Below, one piece after another: positions 51,593 through 63,904 of a DNA stretch of 64,000 nucleotides (the first letter of the stretch is position 1; every line of letters starts with the position of its first letter). The notes below the pieces were generated by a model, which was not told where the DNA came from, made no database searches, and saw only the letters and a list, made by a program, of their open reading frames with translations. Source of the stretch: Azolla caroliniana (taxonomy: Eukaryota > Plantae > Polypodiophyta); assembly GCA_043228905.1 (NCBI GenBank), contig JBHGNT010000003.1:24986001-25050000 (forward strand), given 5' to 3'. A program made the translations under genes and the position numbers.

Positions 51593-51922
51593 CACCTTTG
51601 ACAAAGATATGTTCATGTCATTTCCTTCCAAGGCTTGTTTTCCCATACTTTACTAATCACAACATGTGCCTTAACTCTTAAGAGAAGTGATACGTGTTCA
51701 AAAATCGGTTTCATTGACAGACATTTTGAGTTGGTTTCAAAGAAAATAAGAAAGAACCACCTTTGACCAAGATATGTTCATGCCATTTCCTTCCAAGGCT
51801 TGTTTTCCCATACTTTACTAATCACAACATGTGCCTTAACTCTTAAGAGAAATGATAACGTGTTCAAAAATCGGTTTCATTGACAAACATTTTGAGTTGG
51901 TTTCAAAGAAAATAAGAAAGAA
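51593..51922. repeat. Head-to-tail 165-bp tandem duplication
   Basis: 'cacctttgac.aagatatgttcatg...aaagaaaataagaaagaa' starts at 51593 and again at 51758, with few mismatches. Confidence 0.95.
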
Positions 51923-53134
51923 TCCCAATAAGAGAAGAAATACGTGATTTGTAAATGTCGGAACACCATCTCAAAGAAAAAGAAGGTTGAAAGAATGTTG
52001 GACCATATGTTACGTGTTTGTGAATTTGCATCATGGGGTCACATGATCAAAGTTTAGGCGACCTAAAACAACGTTTGGGTGATGCATGTTAGAATGGAGA
52101 TGTGTATGGTCGGTCTAGTGCATCAGGCTTTGCTCATGATTTCTCTTAGCCAAAGTTCTATCTCCAAATTGAGATTGTAATGTTGGACCAAATCGTTGTT
52201 TTAGAGGAACCAAAACTCCAAACCAACTTCTCTGATACTAGCCTAGCCTACACCATAGGATTTGGTCATGAGTGCACAAATCCAAAACGTGTGATGCGCT
52301 TCCGTGAGTCGGGTCGCGTGTTCATATTGGTAACTATTAATACGTGAGACAAACTAGTGTATTTGTATCGAGTTTGCATGTCTTTTGTGGATGCTAGCCA
52401 CAAGTAGAAATTATGATGTGTGTATATGACTAGGGGGTAGTAATGGCTACTTCCAACACACTTCAAGGCCCAAAGAAAGGTGGGTGATGCTTTTTTGTTT
52501 GAGAGATCCAGACAAACTTGGGTGAATCTACATTAACCTACATTGAGAAACTCTATGATGAGTAGAAATCCTTATTGGAGTGTTTGTGAACAAAGCTCAT
52601 TGATATGAGCGGAAATCCTTGGATTAAAGAGAAGACATGAGAATCGATGAGTGGCAAGAGTCTCGACTCTCTCCACTGAACACGTCATTGCAAGAGGACT
52701 CGAGCTTGGAGACCAGATGGAAGAAAGGTGAACCCTAAGGAGTTATGAATCGGAGGCATGTTGGAATAGGCATCATGACCTTTGGGTTAGCCTTTGTGAT
52801 ACTAACTCTTGAGGGAGAAGGTAGTAGAGAACACATTGTAAAGCAACTCATCACATACGAGAGAGAGAGAGAGAGAGGGCCATAACTGGCATAGATAAGG
52901 CAGTCAGTTATCGGACTGCAAGTGTCTCCAGAGTTCCAGCAAGGTTTCGAGACCCAAGCACATATGTTCCTTATGGATCGTGTGACACAATGTTGAGACC
53001 TGGAACAAGTTTTTGCAGCTCGAAGTAGGATGGAAGTTTGTCACCCCATGTTGGAACACACACACACACAAGTATCCTATCTATCTCTAGTCCATACAAA
53101 ACATAGTCCATAGAGGAGGACTTCTACACACTCA

Positions 53135-53251
53135 AAGAGAGAGAGAGAGAGAGAGAGAGAGAAGGGGTCACACGTGCTGAGAGAAGACTTGATTCTGTCT
53201 GCTCGTGTGGGTTTTTTGTATTTATAAATCATACCCTCCTCCTTCTTTTTC

Positions 53252-53295
<44 letters not shown>

Positions 53296-53300
53296 TCTCC
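53135..53300 (+). promoter_or_regulatory. Putative core promoter of the MYB gene: (GA)n, G-box CACGTG (53171-53176), TATA-like 'tatttataaat' (~53219-53229), then a CT-rich leader
   Basis: The motifs are seen directly. The order GAGA, G-box, TATA, pyrimidine patch is typical of plant Pol II promoters. The transcription start is not demonstrated. Confidence 0.55.
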
Positions 53301-53487
53301 AGTAAGTCAAGTGTAACGCAGCTCTCTCCTCTCTCCTCTCCCTCTCACTCTTTAATCTCTCATTTAAGCTCTTTCTAGCTTTTGGGCGATGGCGATTTAG
53401 CTTGTCCTTTACAAAAGGAGAACTGGGTCGTCGTCCATTCTCTGTATAATTCAGTTTTCCATTTTCTCTGATAGGCAGATAGCCTCC

Positions 53488-53518
<31 letters not shown>

Positions 53519-53957
53519 AATCTCTCATGAACTTCTCTCTGGGTTTTGGGCAATGGAGATTTAGCTTCTTCTTCGCACCGCAAGAAATAGTCTGTGGTGT
53601 ATTGTGTTCTAATTAAGCTTCCATTACCTCTGATAATCACAAAAAAATCAAAAAAATCTGCTTAATCCCTCTATACTCCCACTTCTATTTCTATTCTCTG
53701 CTTCTTGTTGGCTATAATGGGCAATTTAGCTTCTTCTTTGCAAAACAAAGAAATGAGTTGTGGGTGCATTCTGTGTTGATTAGCCCTCGTTTTTCTCTTG
53801 AATGCAGTTTTCTTCCTCTTCTTCTCATAAATCTGAAACCCTAACATTCTGATTTCTGAGAGGTTGTGCGTTCGAATTCACACAACTCCTATACATATAC
53901 ATATACATATTTCAATATATCAATTCATATTCAATACATATTTCCATACTTCTTCAA

Positions 53958-56398
53958 ATGGGAAGGCAACCATGTTGTGAGAAGGTGGGTCTGAAGAGAG
54001 GACCTTGGTCTGCAGAAGAGGACATGAAACTTGTGACCTTCATCACTCGCCATGGCCATGAATGCTGGAGACAAGTCCCCAAGCTTTCTGGTATATCGAA
54101 AAAACAAAACCTTAAAAAGAAACCCCTTAAAACTCTAAAACTTCCTATCCCTATTTTGGTCCCTACATGATGCATTTACTTACACTTACCATTTATTTCT
54201 GCCTATAAACAAAACCCTAATTTCATCGCTATATGTAAACTAACGCTAACTTTGATCATTGCATATGTTTATGATGATTTTTGGCGTATAAAGAAAATCC
54301 TAAATCCTAATTTGCATTTATATTTATATTTGTTGACATAAAAGCCCTAACCTAATAATAATATATTTTTAAGCATAATGTTGGTATATGGATCAAACTG
54401 TGAATCCCATACTTTGAACATTATATGTATTATGTATATATATGTATTTAAGCTTTCTGCTATATATCAACTAAATCCTAACACTAATACCGTGATCATT
54501 AAATGTTTAAGCTTTGGTGGTATTTAGACATCATCATAATTTCAATCCTAAACCTAATCTGAATTCTATATGTTTTCTTAACATAATGTTGGTATTGAAA
54601 CAAACCCTAATTTGATCATCATGTGTGCTCAATCAAGGGATCAAGTTCTAACCCCAATGTTGGTACTTTAAAAACAACCAACTAACCCTAAATTGACCAT
54701 TGTAAGTTTAAGCAGGAACCTTAATTTTAATCCTTAATCAAAGCCCAATCTAATCATTATATGTTTAAATTTGCTGATATCTAAACAAAGCTCAAAACCA
54801 CTCTAACCCTAACCTTACCACTAATAGCTTCTCCGTATATAAACAAACCCCCTAACATGAATATCTCATTATATCTATTGTCAAGCTTTTATTACGAGTC
54901 TTTGAAGTTTTGGTTCTGTTTCTCTTTTATTTGTTTTCAATGGAAACCATAATTAATTAGGGTTTGTTTGTTATATCTTAGGTCTTTTGAGGTGTGGAAA
55001 GAGTTGTCGCCTACGATGGACAAACTATCTCCGACCCGGTGTGAAACGGGGCCACCTCTCCGAAGCCGAAGAGAAGCTCATTATCGATCTCCATGCTGCC
55101 ATCGGTAATCGGTAATTCCTCTCGCGCTTAATCCATCTATATTAATCTAGGATTAACTCATGTATTAATCTCATAATAAAGGTTCTCTTAATCAGATACT
55201 TTATCATGTTTCTTCTTGATTGAGCGCATTAGGTTAAGCATCATTGCCCAATCTAGGTAGCATTATTAGCATATAGGAGAGTTTAATGGACAATTATGGA
55301 TGTAGGTGGTCAAGAATTGCGGCTCAACTGCCCGGAAGGACCGACAATGAGATCAAGAACTATTGGAATACTCGAATAAAGAAGAAGTTGAAGCAAATGG
55401 GGATCGACCCCACAACACACAAGCCTTTAACCGAGGTCGAAAATGACAAGGGGCAAACCAACAACTCGACAAGTAGCTCTATCGACATCTATAGCTCCTC
55501 CAATTGTAGCTCGAATAGCATGGGCGGGGGTGAGTTGGGCGAAGTGTCTAAGAAGGAGAGGATGGAGAGAGAGAGTAGAGAAGCTCACATGAAGATTGAG
55601 AAGATGAGAGTTGCCCTTCAAGCATTCAACTCTAGGTCACCATCAAGTGTCCTTAGTTCTCCTTCTACCCATGTCAATAACATATACAATGTCAAACCTG
55701 TCAATACTCTTGTTAACCATACCCATGTCAATAAGCTCGAACCAATGGAAGAAACATCGGAAAATTCTTTAACTGTCCCATGCATATCCTCTAACCCGAC
55801 TCACTACATCCCTAGAATCCAACCCCTCCCAATCTCCCACTTCAATGATCACCCCGCATCGTTTGAAAAGTCTCGAGTGACCAACAACTCTATAGAGTGT
55901 AGCTATGACATTGACATCAAGCCTATATCGCACATTTCTAGATGCAACCCACCTTGCATAGATATGCTTTTGCAAGCAACTTCTTGTGTGGGAGGGGTTG
56001 ATGAGACCCCACAACAGTTCAAATCATTTCGGCAACATGAGCTATCACAATGTGTTGTTCCATCGCAACATTGCCAAGTTCTTGCAACATCGTATTGTCA
56101 AAACCCGACTCCACTCTATTATGATAGTTTCCAAACTCATGAGCTTGAATGCAGGAGTTATGAGAGTATTGGAATGCAACCTCAAGCATCGCTAGGAGGT
56201 ACCATGTCATGTGCACCTTTCTGGGATGTACCATGGACCCCAATGATGCAACAAATGTTGAGTGAATGTCCCATGGTTCCAAAGGCAAACACGCCGACTA
56301 CTGAGGAATACTCACCGAAATCGTGTTTGTCTGGTATGGTACCACCATCTTCGGACACACAGTTACACAACCTAGCATATAGTTTCGAAGGTGTTTAG
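53958..56398 (+). CDS. R2R3-MYB transcription factor (MYB20/42/43/85-like), 3 exons, ~451 aa
   Basis: Exons 53958-54090 (133 nt), 54982-55111 (130 nt) and 55306-56398 give the canonical R2R3-MYB exon sizes. Peptide: [17 protein letters not shown]...[17 protein letters not shown]...[25 protein letters not shown]...[10 protein letters not shown]. Confidence 0.96.
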
Positions 56399-58865
56399 TT
56401 CCTAATTATTATCCATGACAGTGATATTTTCTTTTTCCTATCTTTTTTTCTTTTTGGGGTGTCGTTAGAGTCTAGCATGGATCGGACCTCTCACTCCTCA
56501 CAATCTTTCATTATTGTAATCATAACTTTTTTGGAGTATCGGCTTTTGTTTTCTTGTTCCATCTTCTTCTAGGCCCATACTAATTCAATTATTCTAATAT
56601 AAAACAAAATTTATGTAAATGTGCTTCTTTAAGAAGTGTAGAGGAAATGTGTGATACATTAATTTAAAACTAGCTAAAAAAATGTGAGTGCAACGGTTGT
56701 CATCACCTCAAGCTAACCTAAAGTGGATGTTTTGTATGGAAGTCTATGTTCTCATGAAGCCCACTATGAATGATTGCCTATGATTTCTTAGCTTATAGTC
56801 TAAGTGTGGATGGCCTACTTGCAATCCAAAGCCCATGAATAAAGGCTCATGATTGTTTAAGGAATAAGGTTGTGCGGATATATAAAGCAACTTTTATGTC
56901 TAATCAAGGATTGTTAAGTCCACATAAAAGGGAATTTCCTCTAGTTTCCAAGGAAATACATGTACTTCCAAACAAGAAGCCTCATGTGTGGCTTGTCTTT
57001 GAGACCATCCCAAAATAAGCCTTAAAAAGTGGAATTTACTTTATGTTGTGTTGAGAAGCAATCAAGGACATCGACTCATAAACATGCATTACCTCTTCAC
57101 AATTAGTAGGTGTGGCTTAACCATTACAAAAATAAATCTTTAGAGTAAGTTATTGTCACCACCATGACATGACCAAGAAAGAAGTTGAGTAATAGTACCC
57201 TATACAACTTCCTTTCGTGGTAAATAAATCGAAGCAATCGAATATTTGGCTTGGGTTGTAGGAGACTACATGAGCAGAAGCCGTCTTTTTCTCATGTTGT
57301 AAGTAAGTGGGAACGATAAGTACCATCTATGGTATGTTCATCACACATCAAGATCCTACTCAAGGAAGTATATGGGCTCCCTCCTTTGGCCATGTAAATA
57401 TGTGGTACTTTCACTAAACACTAGTAGAAAAAAGGCTTGAAATTTGAATCTATGCTTGAAAAATGCTTGCAATGATCATCTTTGTGACATATATTTAAAT
57501 GCACACAATCAATGTAATGGCCATTTTTAACCTTGGGCAATTTTAAAAAATTATGATGTTCGTGATTATGAATTTGTGCAACAAGAGTAAGAAATCTTTG
57601 TGACCTTTTCTATTATATTGGTGAATGGTAGCTTGTGAACATCACACATCGCACATGTAATTTTTGCCCTCAAGAATGTCAATTTATCATATCAACATTA
57701 TTGTACTATATGCCCATATTTGTGGAACTACGTTTATACATGCCTTTAGACTCTCTAAATTGCTTCAAGTGAACCACGATAAGGATCGGAGAGCCATGAC
57801 ACCTACTTGCAATGTTCAAATTGAAATAAGTTCGATAGTTTTGGTGACAAAAAACATCTGACATTGTCGCTAGTTGATTGTTCAAACATATGGCAAATCT
57901 TCATGCATGTACTATGCTAGCAACCATGGTTACTACAGACAATTATTTATTTATTTTTATTTATACAAGTCGAGACGACTCGACACAACCATTTATACTT
58001 TTGTGAATTAAAAGGTCCTTTTGCGCCACCCTCAAAACATTTTAGGTACATATTCAAAGTCTCAAGATACGAAAAGATATGTGTCTAGTGTCATAGAATG
58101 TTTGTTTACTAGTTTATCATATTGAGGAAAGAGGTGCCCCTTTTTTTGTCAATGGATTTCAAGGATTCCCCTGTGACAAAACAACTAGTTTATTATGGAC
58201 AGTTCCATCTTTTCCCATGTGCATAGGTAATAATTAAACATTGTTTGTCTCCCTACATAACTATTAGTGTTGTCGATCACTATTATACGCATCTACACAC
58301 ACTTGACACATCCTCGCTCCGTCTTGTTACGTGCATACACATTGACGGCCGTCAAAACTATGAAAGAACATTTCGCCACATTTTCATTACTTCAAAATTT
58401 TAAAATCTATAATACATAACTCTTACCTACTGTCTCTCTCTCCCTCCCTTACAAATAAAACACTAATGTCGATCAGGAACAATCGCAATCATGGTAAAAA
58501 ATATGTGAGCGGAGGAGCCACCTCTATTTGAATACACAATGAAACCTAAAACTTAAGCTCTATACATGTTGTAGACACAATGCATGATAATAGTACCAAT
58601 TTCTTATGCTCGACCATATCGACAACAAATAGAATAATCTTCTGTATGGGTAGCTACAAGTGCTCCACAATTGAACACTTGCAACTAAACTAAGAATATT
58701 GTATGTGAACAAATGGCCAACACATTCATGATTCCAGCGATACATGGAAGAGAGGCTCATTGCAAATAACATGCATCTTTGTGGGTATCCATTCTTTGTG
58801 AATTTCATCTCACGGTATCGTTACCCATATATAATACAATGCATTGTAAAAAATAAGGTAGCTTC

Positions 58866-58869
<4 letters not shown>

Positions 58870-58916
<47 letters not shown>
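58870..58916. repeat. (GT)n microsatellite
   Basis: Perfect run. Confidence 0.95.
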
Positions 58917-58920
<4 letters not shown>

Positions 58921-60987
58921 CATGCAATTAGTTGATTTTCCTCATACAGTGTAGTAATTGTGTCCTTCCATGTTCTTGACCTAGGCCAAATCATTTGATC
59001 CAACAAACCTGAATTAAACATTTGTCTATTTTGCATTCTATAGGATACAAAAGTGTCGTTCTTGTAATTATATGAAGTTTAAGTGAACATTTATTTAGAA
59101 GTAAGAGAGGTGAAGTATTAGGGGTATGTTTTGAATGTGGTAAATTATGACATTTTATAACTTCTTACCTTAGCCATCATGTGAACAAATCTACTTGACC
59201 ACTTAAATTCAATAAATCGTACCATTTTTAAAGATAAACCTAAGTAGACATTCTCTCTAATCATATAAGTTCCATTTCAAGATGATTAGCCAAAACGGTC
59301 AAGGAAAGACTTTGATTAGCAACAACCAAAGTAGACTATTAAGGTCACCAAACAAAATTTAACCTAGTAATCCCCATATCCTTTTCTTGTCAAAGTTAAA
59401 AAGAAAAGAGATGGCTATGAATACATTGTTCAACCATGCACAAGATTGGTTAGAGACCTTACACACAAATCTATTGTTGCTAATGTTGTCATCTAGTAAG
59501 ACTTACAAAGGAACATAGATTGGCTAACTTAAAAGAGACATTATCTTATCTTTCCATTAGTTCAATCAAATCTATTACACACCATGTGCATTGTTACGAG
59601 TTTAACCACATGGTATAATTAACCGTAGTTCTCTAAACTTAAGGTTAGTATGTGTGGGGTAGTTCATAAGGAGTGAAATGGCATGATTGAGTTTGGGAGA
59701 TAACTTTTGAATATTTCATCACTTGACCATTTCTAATGACGTAACCAAGTGTGAACACACAAATGCCAAGGGTGTGAGCCTATAGAAGAAGATTAGCTAC
59801 CTTTATGAAGGGGACAAGAGTTACTATATGGAGATTAGGTCAATGTGGCAAAGGTCTCATTGCATACTTGTGTTTCTCCTTCAAACCCAAGGTATGATCC
59901 ATGTCCATGCTTGGTGGTCTGGGACATCAACAGGGACTCATAACCGTCTCTCACCTTTGCTAGTGGGTATTCGAGTGGTTTGGCACCCTTTCTTCCTTAT
60001 TTTTCTCCATAGTATATTTGCTTAATGTTAATTGAGATTTGCTAAGGTCATCCAACATGGTGACCCATCTAGCATACAACAAGGTTATTTTTGAGATTGT
60101 GACTATCAAAACTCTTGACATTTAGTCCTCCATGAAATTTAATCACATTCCATTGCCATTTGTGTTGATCTTTGACTTCTTCAACCATGGCCTTCCAAGC
60201 ATACCTCACCCTCACATTCCAAACAATTTGTTCCCACTTGAATTGATACCACCCTTATGTTGCCCTGGTTGGTTCTAGGTTAGTTAGGCAACATAGCCAA
60301 AATAACATGAGGTAAGTCTAAAACTTGCCCAAATTCTGAAGGTTTTGCAAATTGTTTGTTAGAGCCATCAACTACACTCAACAGATAATTGACTCTTGAG
60401 AGAAAGACAAACAGCTCTTCTTCAAAGGATTTAGAAAATGTTTCCTAAGTATTCCAATTTTACGCACAACATACACCAGGAGTGAGCTCCAATATTACGA
60501 GAAGTTCGCATATCAGCCCAAATTCTCTACACTTTAACCAATCATCAATATCCTCAAGAAATTGCTTGTATGAAAATAGATCAATGACAAGCAAAATTCA
60601 ATCAACTCCCTGTAGGATGCAATGTAACTAAGATGGTTATAAATACTCATCTTGTTTTATTTTTTTTCGAACACTAATGAGAATTCTCACAATCTCAAAA
60701 ATAGAAAAATGAGAATTCCTTTGATATGTATATATATACTTCACTTCACATGTGAATGCCTGAAAAGTGAGTAGACACAAGAGAATGGCAAACATTTTTT
60801 GATAGCCAAACTCTCCTTAAACGTCCAACTTCCAACCAAAACAACACTATATTATGTGTTCTAAGGGGTGGCAGGACTTGGGTTCTTCCCTACCCACGCG
60901 ATGTATATATATATGTCGTCCCATTGGTTGTCCTTTGTTGTATTATATCAGCTCCTTTGAATGCAATCCTTCAAGGATCATACTGAT

Positions 60988-62370
60988 TCAATTCAAAGAT
61001 GCTTCAGATCTCTTACATTTAAGGTCGAGTTCCTTTTGCTTGAGTTGAAGAGACATCCGTTCATTCTCAAGCTTCACCTTCTGATTATCAAGTCTTTGCC
61101 GCTCCAATTCCCTGTATCTCTTGCTATTTATCCTCTCCCATTTGAATCTCTGCTTTTGAAGCTCTAGTGCTTGGGCTAATAGGCGGATTTTTTGCTCTTC
61201 TAGCTGTATTGCTGTAAAAGAGAAAGATGATGAGCACTGTTGTTGATCATCAAACATATTTGTTCCCATTTGAATATCCAACATTTGATCCATATTTGAA
61301 GGCTCTGCCGCTAACACTTGTGTGTAGGTCAATAAGGAGCAGGTATTTCCATCAAGGTTTTTCATGGATTTTTTATGCCTCTCGAAGGGTGAGGTAAGTC
61401 CCCATGTTGTGGCTTCTATATTAGACCCCCTTCCATTTGTAACGTCATGATCCTCATAGCCTTCTTCTTCATCATTGTTTGCATCATCTATATCCTCATT
61501 TACATCATCTTCTTCATCATCATGATCATCATTGTGCTCAGTATCATTCTGATGCCTTGTTACATCAATATAATCTTTGTTTTGAGATGCATTCCCACCA
61601 GTGTGGACTGAAGGTTGAAACCCTAATTCAGCAGCTGGCATCAAGGAAGCACACCCACTGTGATATGCACATATCTCTCTGTAGAAGAGCTGTTTCGAGC
61701 TCAGTATCTTCCGGACGTCATCTTTTGCCTTAGCAGAAAGATTGTTCATTGTAGCTAACAGGCTTGGATCTTCAACTACACAACATGCTATCCCTCTTCC
61801 AAGGATATCATTTAATCTCTTGTATCGTTTATTCAAGTCATTGAATTTGTCTTCACATTGTTGCGGTGATACATAGCATCCTCTTTCATTCATCACACGA
61901 GAGACTGATTTCCATTTCCCTTTCTTTTGTAGAATGCCTGATTTCTTCTTATTGCTATCAGTGACATTAGCATCATTTGATCCATCTTCACCGCCAATAA
62001 GCACGACTACATGGATCAATAGTTTAACCATTGCATCAGTCCATTTCACACGTTGCCATGGAGAGCTAACCTTGCCTTTTCCACCAAAAGAGCAATCTCC
62101 TTCTTCAGTAAAGCTTCTCTCATCTTCATCACTTGTGCCACTAGATTTTCCTTTGTTACACAACAAAGTGGCCTTTGGGATGCATTTTGAATCGAAGCCT
62201 AATTCCGGTACAGTTTCTTGATTTATACTCAGATGCTGCGTTGTTGATAATGGAGCCAATCCATGCAAATGGTGAGACATAGATTGCAAAGTTGCAGCGT
62301 GATGGAGAGAGGGATCTAGATCTAGATCTTGTGATGATAGAATAGATCCACCCATTATACTTCCTTCCAT
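60988..62370 (-). CDS. Trihelix transcription factor, GT-gamma clade (HRA1/At1g21200-like), single coding exon, ~460 aa
   Basis: SPWQRVKWTDAMVKLLI...LQKKGKWKSVSRVMNERGCYVSPQQCEDKFNDLNKRYKRLNDILGRG...VRKILSSKQLFYREICAYH, an acidic tract and a C-terminal coiled coil (ELQKQRFKW...LENERMSLQLKQKELDL). The start is taken at the strong-context ATG 62370 (MEGS); a splice acceptor lies at 62408. Confidence 0.93.
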   Translation of the reverse strand: MEGSIMGGSILSSQDLDLDPSLHHAATLQSMSHHLHGLAPLSTTQHLSINQETVPELGFDSKCIPKATLLCNKGKSSGTSDEDERSFTEEGDCSFGGKGKVSSPWQRVKWTDAMVKLLIHVVVLIGGEDGSNDANVTDSNKKKSGILQKKGKWKSVSRVMNERGCYVSPQQCEDKFNDLNKRYKRLNDILGRGIACCVVEDPSLLATMNNLSAKAKDDVRKILSSKQLFYREICAYHSGCASLMPAAELGFQPSVHTGGNASQNKDYIDVTRHQNDTEHNDDHDDEEDDVNEDIDDANNDEEEGYEDHDVTNGRGSNIEATTWGLTSPFERHKKSMKNLDGNTCSLLTYTQVLAAEPSNMDQMLDIQMGTNMFDDQQQCSSSFSFTAIQLEEQKIRLLAQALELQKQRFKWERINSKRYRELERQRLDNQKVKLENERMSLQLKQKELDLKCKRSEASLN

Positions 62371-63865
62371 TTTTATCTTTAATATGATCTCTTCTAGTGT
62401 CACACATCTGCACATAATAAGAAAAAGAAAAAGAAATGCAATGAAGAGTTGGACATGGGACCAAAATCTTGAGATCTAACTGATTTCAAGAACCCTAATG
62501 GAATCTAAAATTCTGATAAGAATGAGTTGGAAATAGTGGCAAAATCTTGATCCTTAATGGTTCCAATTTGATGCTTTGTCTCCATCATATTACGATAAAC
62601 TCAGATGACAATCACTTAAAGCTTCTCCACGAATTGGTACTTTGGTGTAAACTTTCTACACAAAAAATGTTCTGATTTGTGGCCTCTAAAGGTCATTACA
62701 CAAGAGCAGACCCAACTATTCTAAATTTGAGAGGCCTCAAGCTCACTAAGAATTTTAAAGCTCTGTTTCCATCAGATAACAATTTACATGATTTTGAGTT
62801 TCTGCTCATATTGGTGACTTGCTGAATTTTCCACACAATGTAGCAGAATTTCTAGATTGGAGCGGTTTCAAGACCCTGTCAAATAATCGAATCCTACATT
62901 AATATCACACTTTGACAAGATCAGGACAAAATTGCCGAAACATTCTGCACATATTTGAGGTCTGCTGAAGGACTCTCGAAATGTTTCAACCTAGACATAC
63001 CAGATTTGAGGGTTTCTAACCTCTGCAATCCATTTTATGTAACCTAAACCTATGCTATCATCACATCATGACAAATTCTACACAATTTGGTTATTTTCTT
63101 CCTTCCTTCTCTTCCCCTCCATTTATTTCATTCTTTCCATTCATATGCATCCTTTCATTTCATTCCTTCATTCCTTCCTCTCAGGTATCCATTCTTCCCT
63201 CCATGTTTTTAGCTTGTTTAATTTTTTCCTTCTTTTCAATTCATCTGAAGTTTCATCTCTTCTTTGAGTACATGAATTGGAGAAATATAGAAGGTTTTTG
63301 ATTTTGTTTACCTGATGATAATGATGATGACGTTCAAAAACTTGCAGAAGAAGAGGAGGAAAGAGCCATTCTTCTCAAGATCTCTGTTGTAGAGCGCGGG
63401 AGAGAGCATAAAAGAAAAATTAAAAAGAAAAAGAATAACACAAAGAAAATCGAACGGGAAGAAAAAAAAAACACAGTTTCCCTTCTTTTCCGTTCTTCCT
63501 CTTCCAAAAATGTGTGATACTCTTGAAGAGGAAGTCCCTAATTCCTTCTCAGGAGAGAGACAGCCCAAATTCCGTCAGAAGAAACATCAAAATGTAGATC
63601 CTTCTCGGAAAATCAGAAACGCCGGATTGTTTCAGAGGCGGCAGGAAGCCCCGATTCTATCTGAGGAAGCAGGATGAAGAGAAGAGAAAAGCGGAAAGAG
63701 ACAGAGAGACAGAGAGACAGGGACAGAGATCCAAATTCTTTCTGAAACAGGCAGGCAATTGCAGTTGCTACCATGAGAGAACTGCAGAGCATGTATGCAG
63801 CAGATTCAGTCATTCATATACATTACATTACATACATACGTATACGTATACGTATATATCGTGTT

Positions 63866-63904
63866 ATACTCCTACGTATACTCCTACGTATACTCCTACG
63901 TATA
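63866..63904. repeat. Three tandem copies of the 12-mer 'tatactcctacg', with (tacg)n-like runs
   Basis: Seen directly, upstream of the trihelix CDS. Confidence 0.85.

Noticed and set aside
52229-52245. 'tctgatacta', similar to a reverse tRNA-Met PBS (tctgatacca)
   Set aside because: It has a mismatch, and no adjacent LTR terminus or partner LTR could be identified.
53077-53640. 187-aa minus-strand ORF rich in ER repeats
   Set aside because: It is the translation of (CT)n microsatellites in the MYB promoter and leader.
61602-61623. miR319-like match (tggactgaagg) antisense to the trihelix mRNA; also 'cttcagtcca' in the VPS53 leader at ~95
   Set aside because: Only 10-11 contiguous bases match, with ~7 mismatches over 21 nt. 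That is well beyond plant targeting rules.
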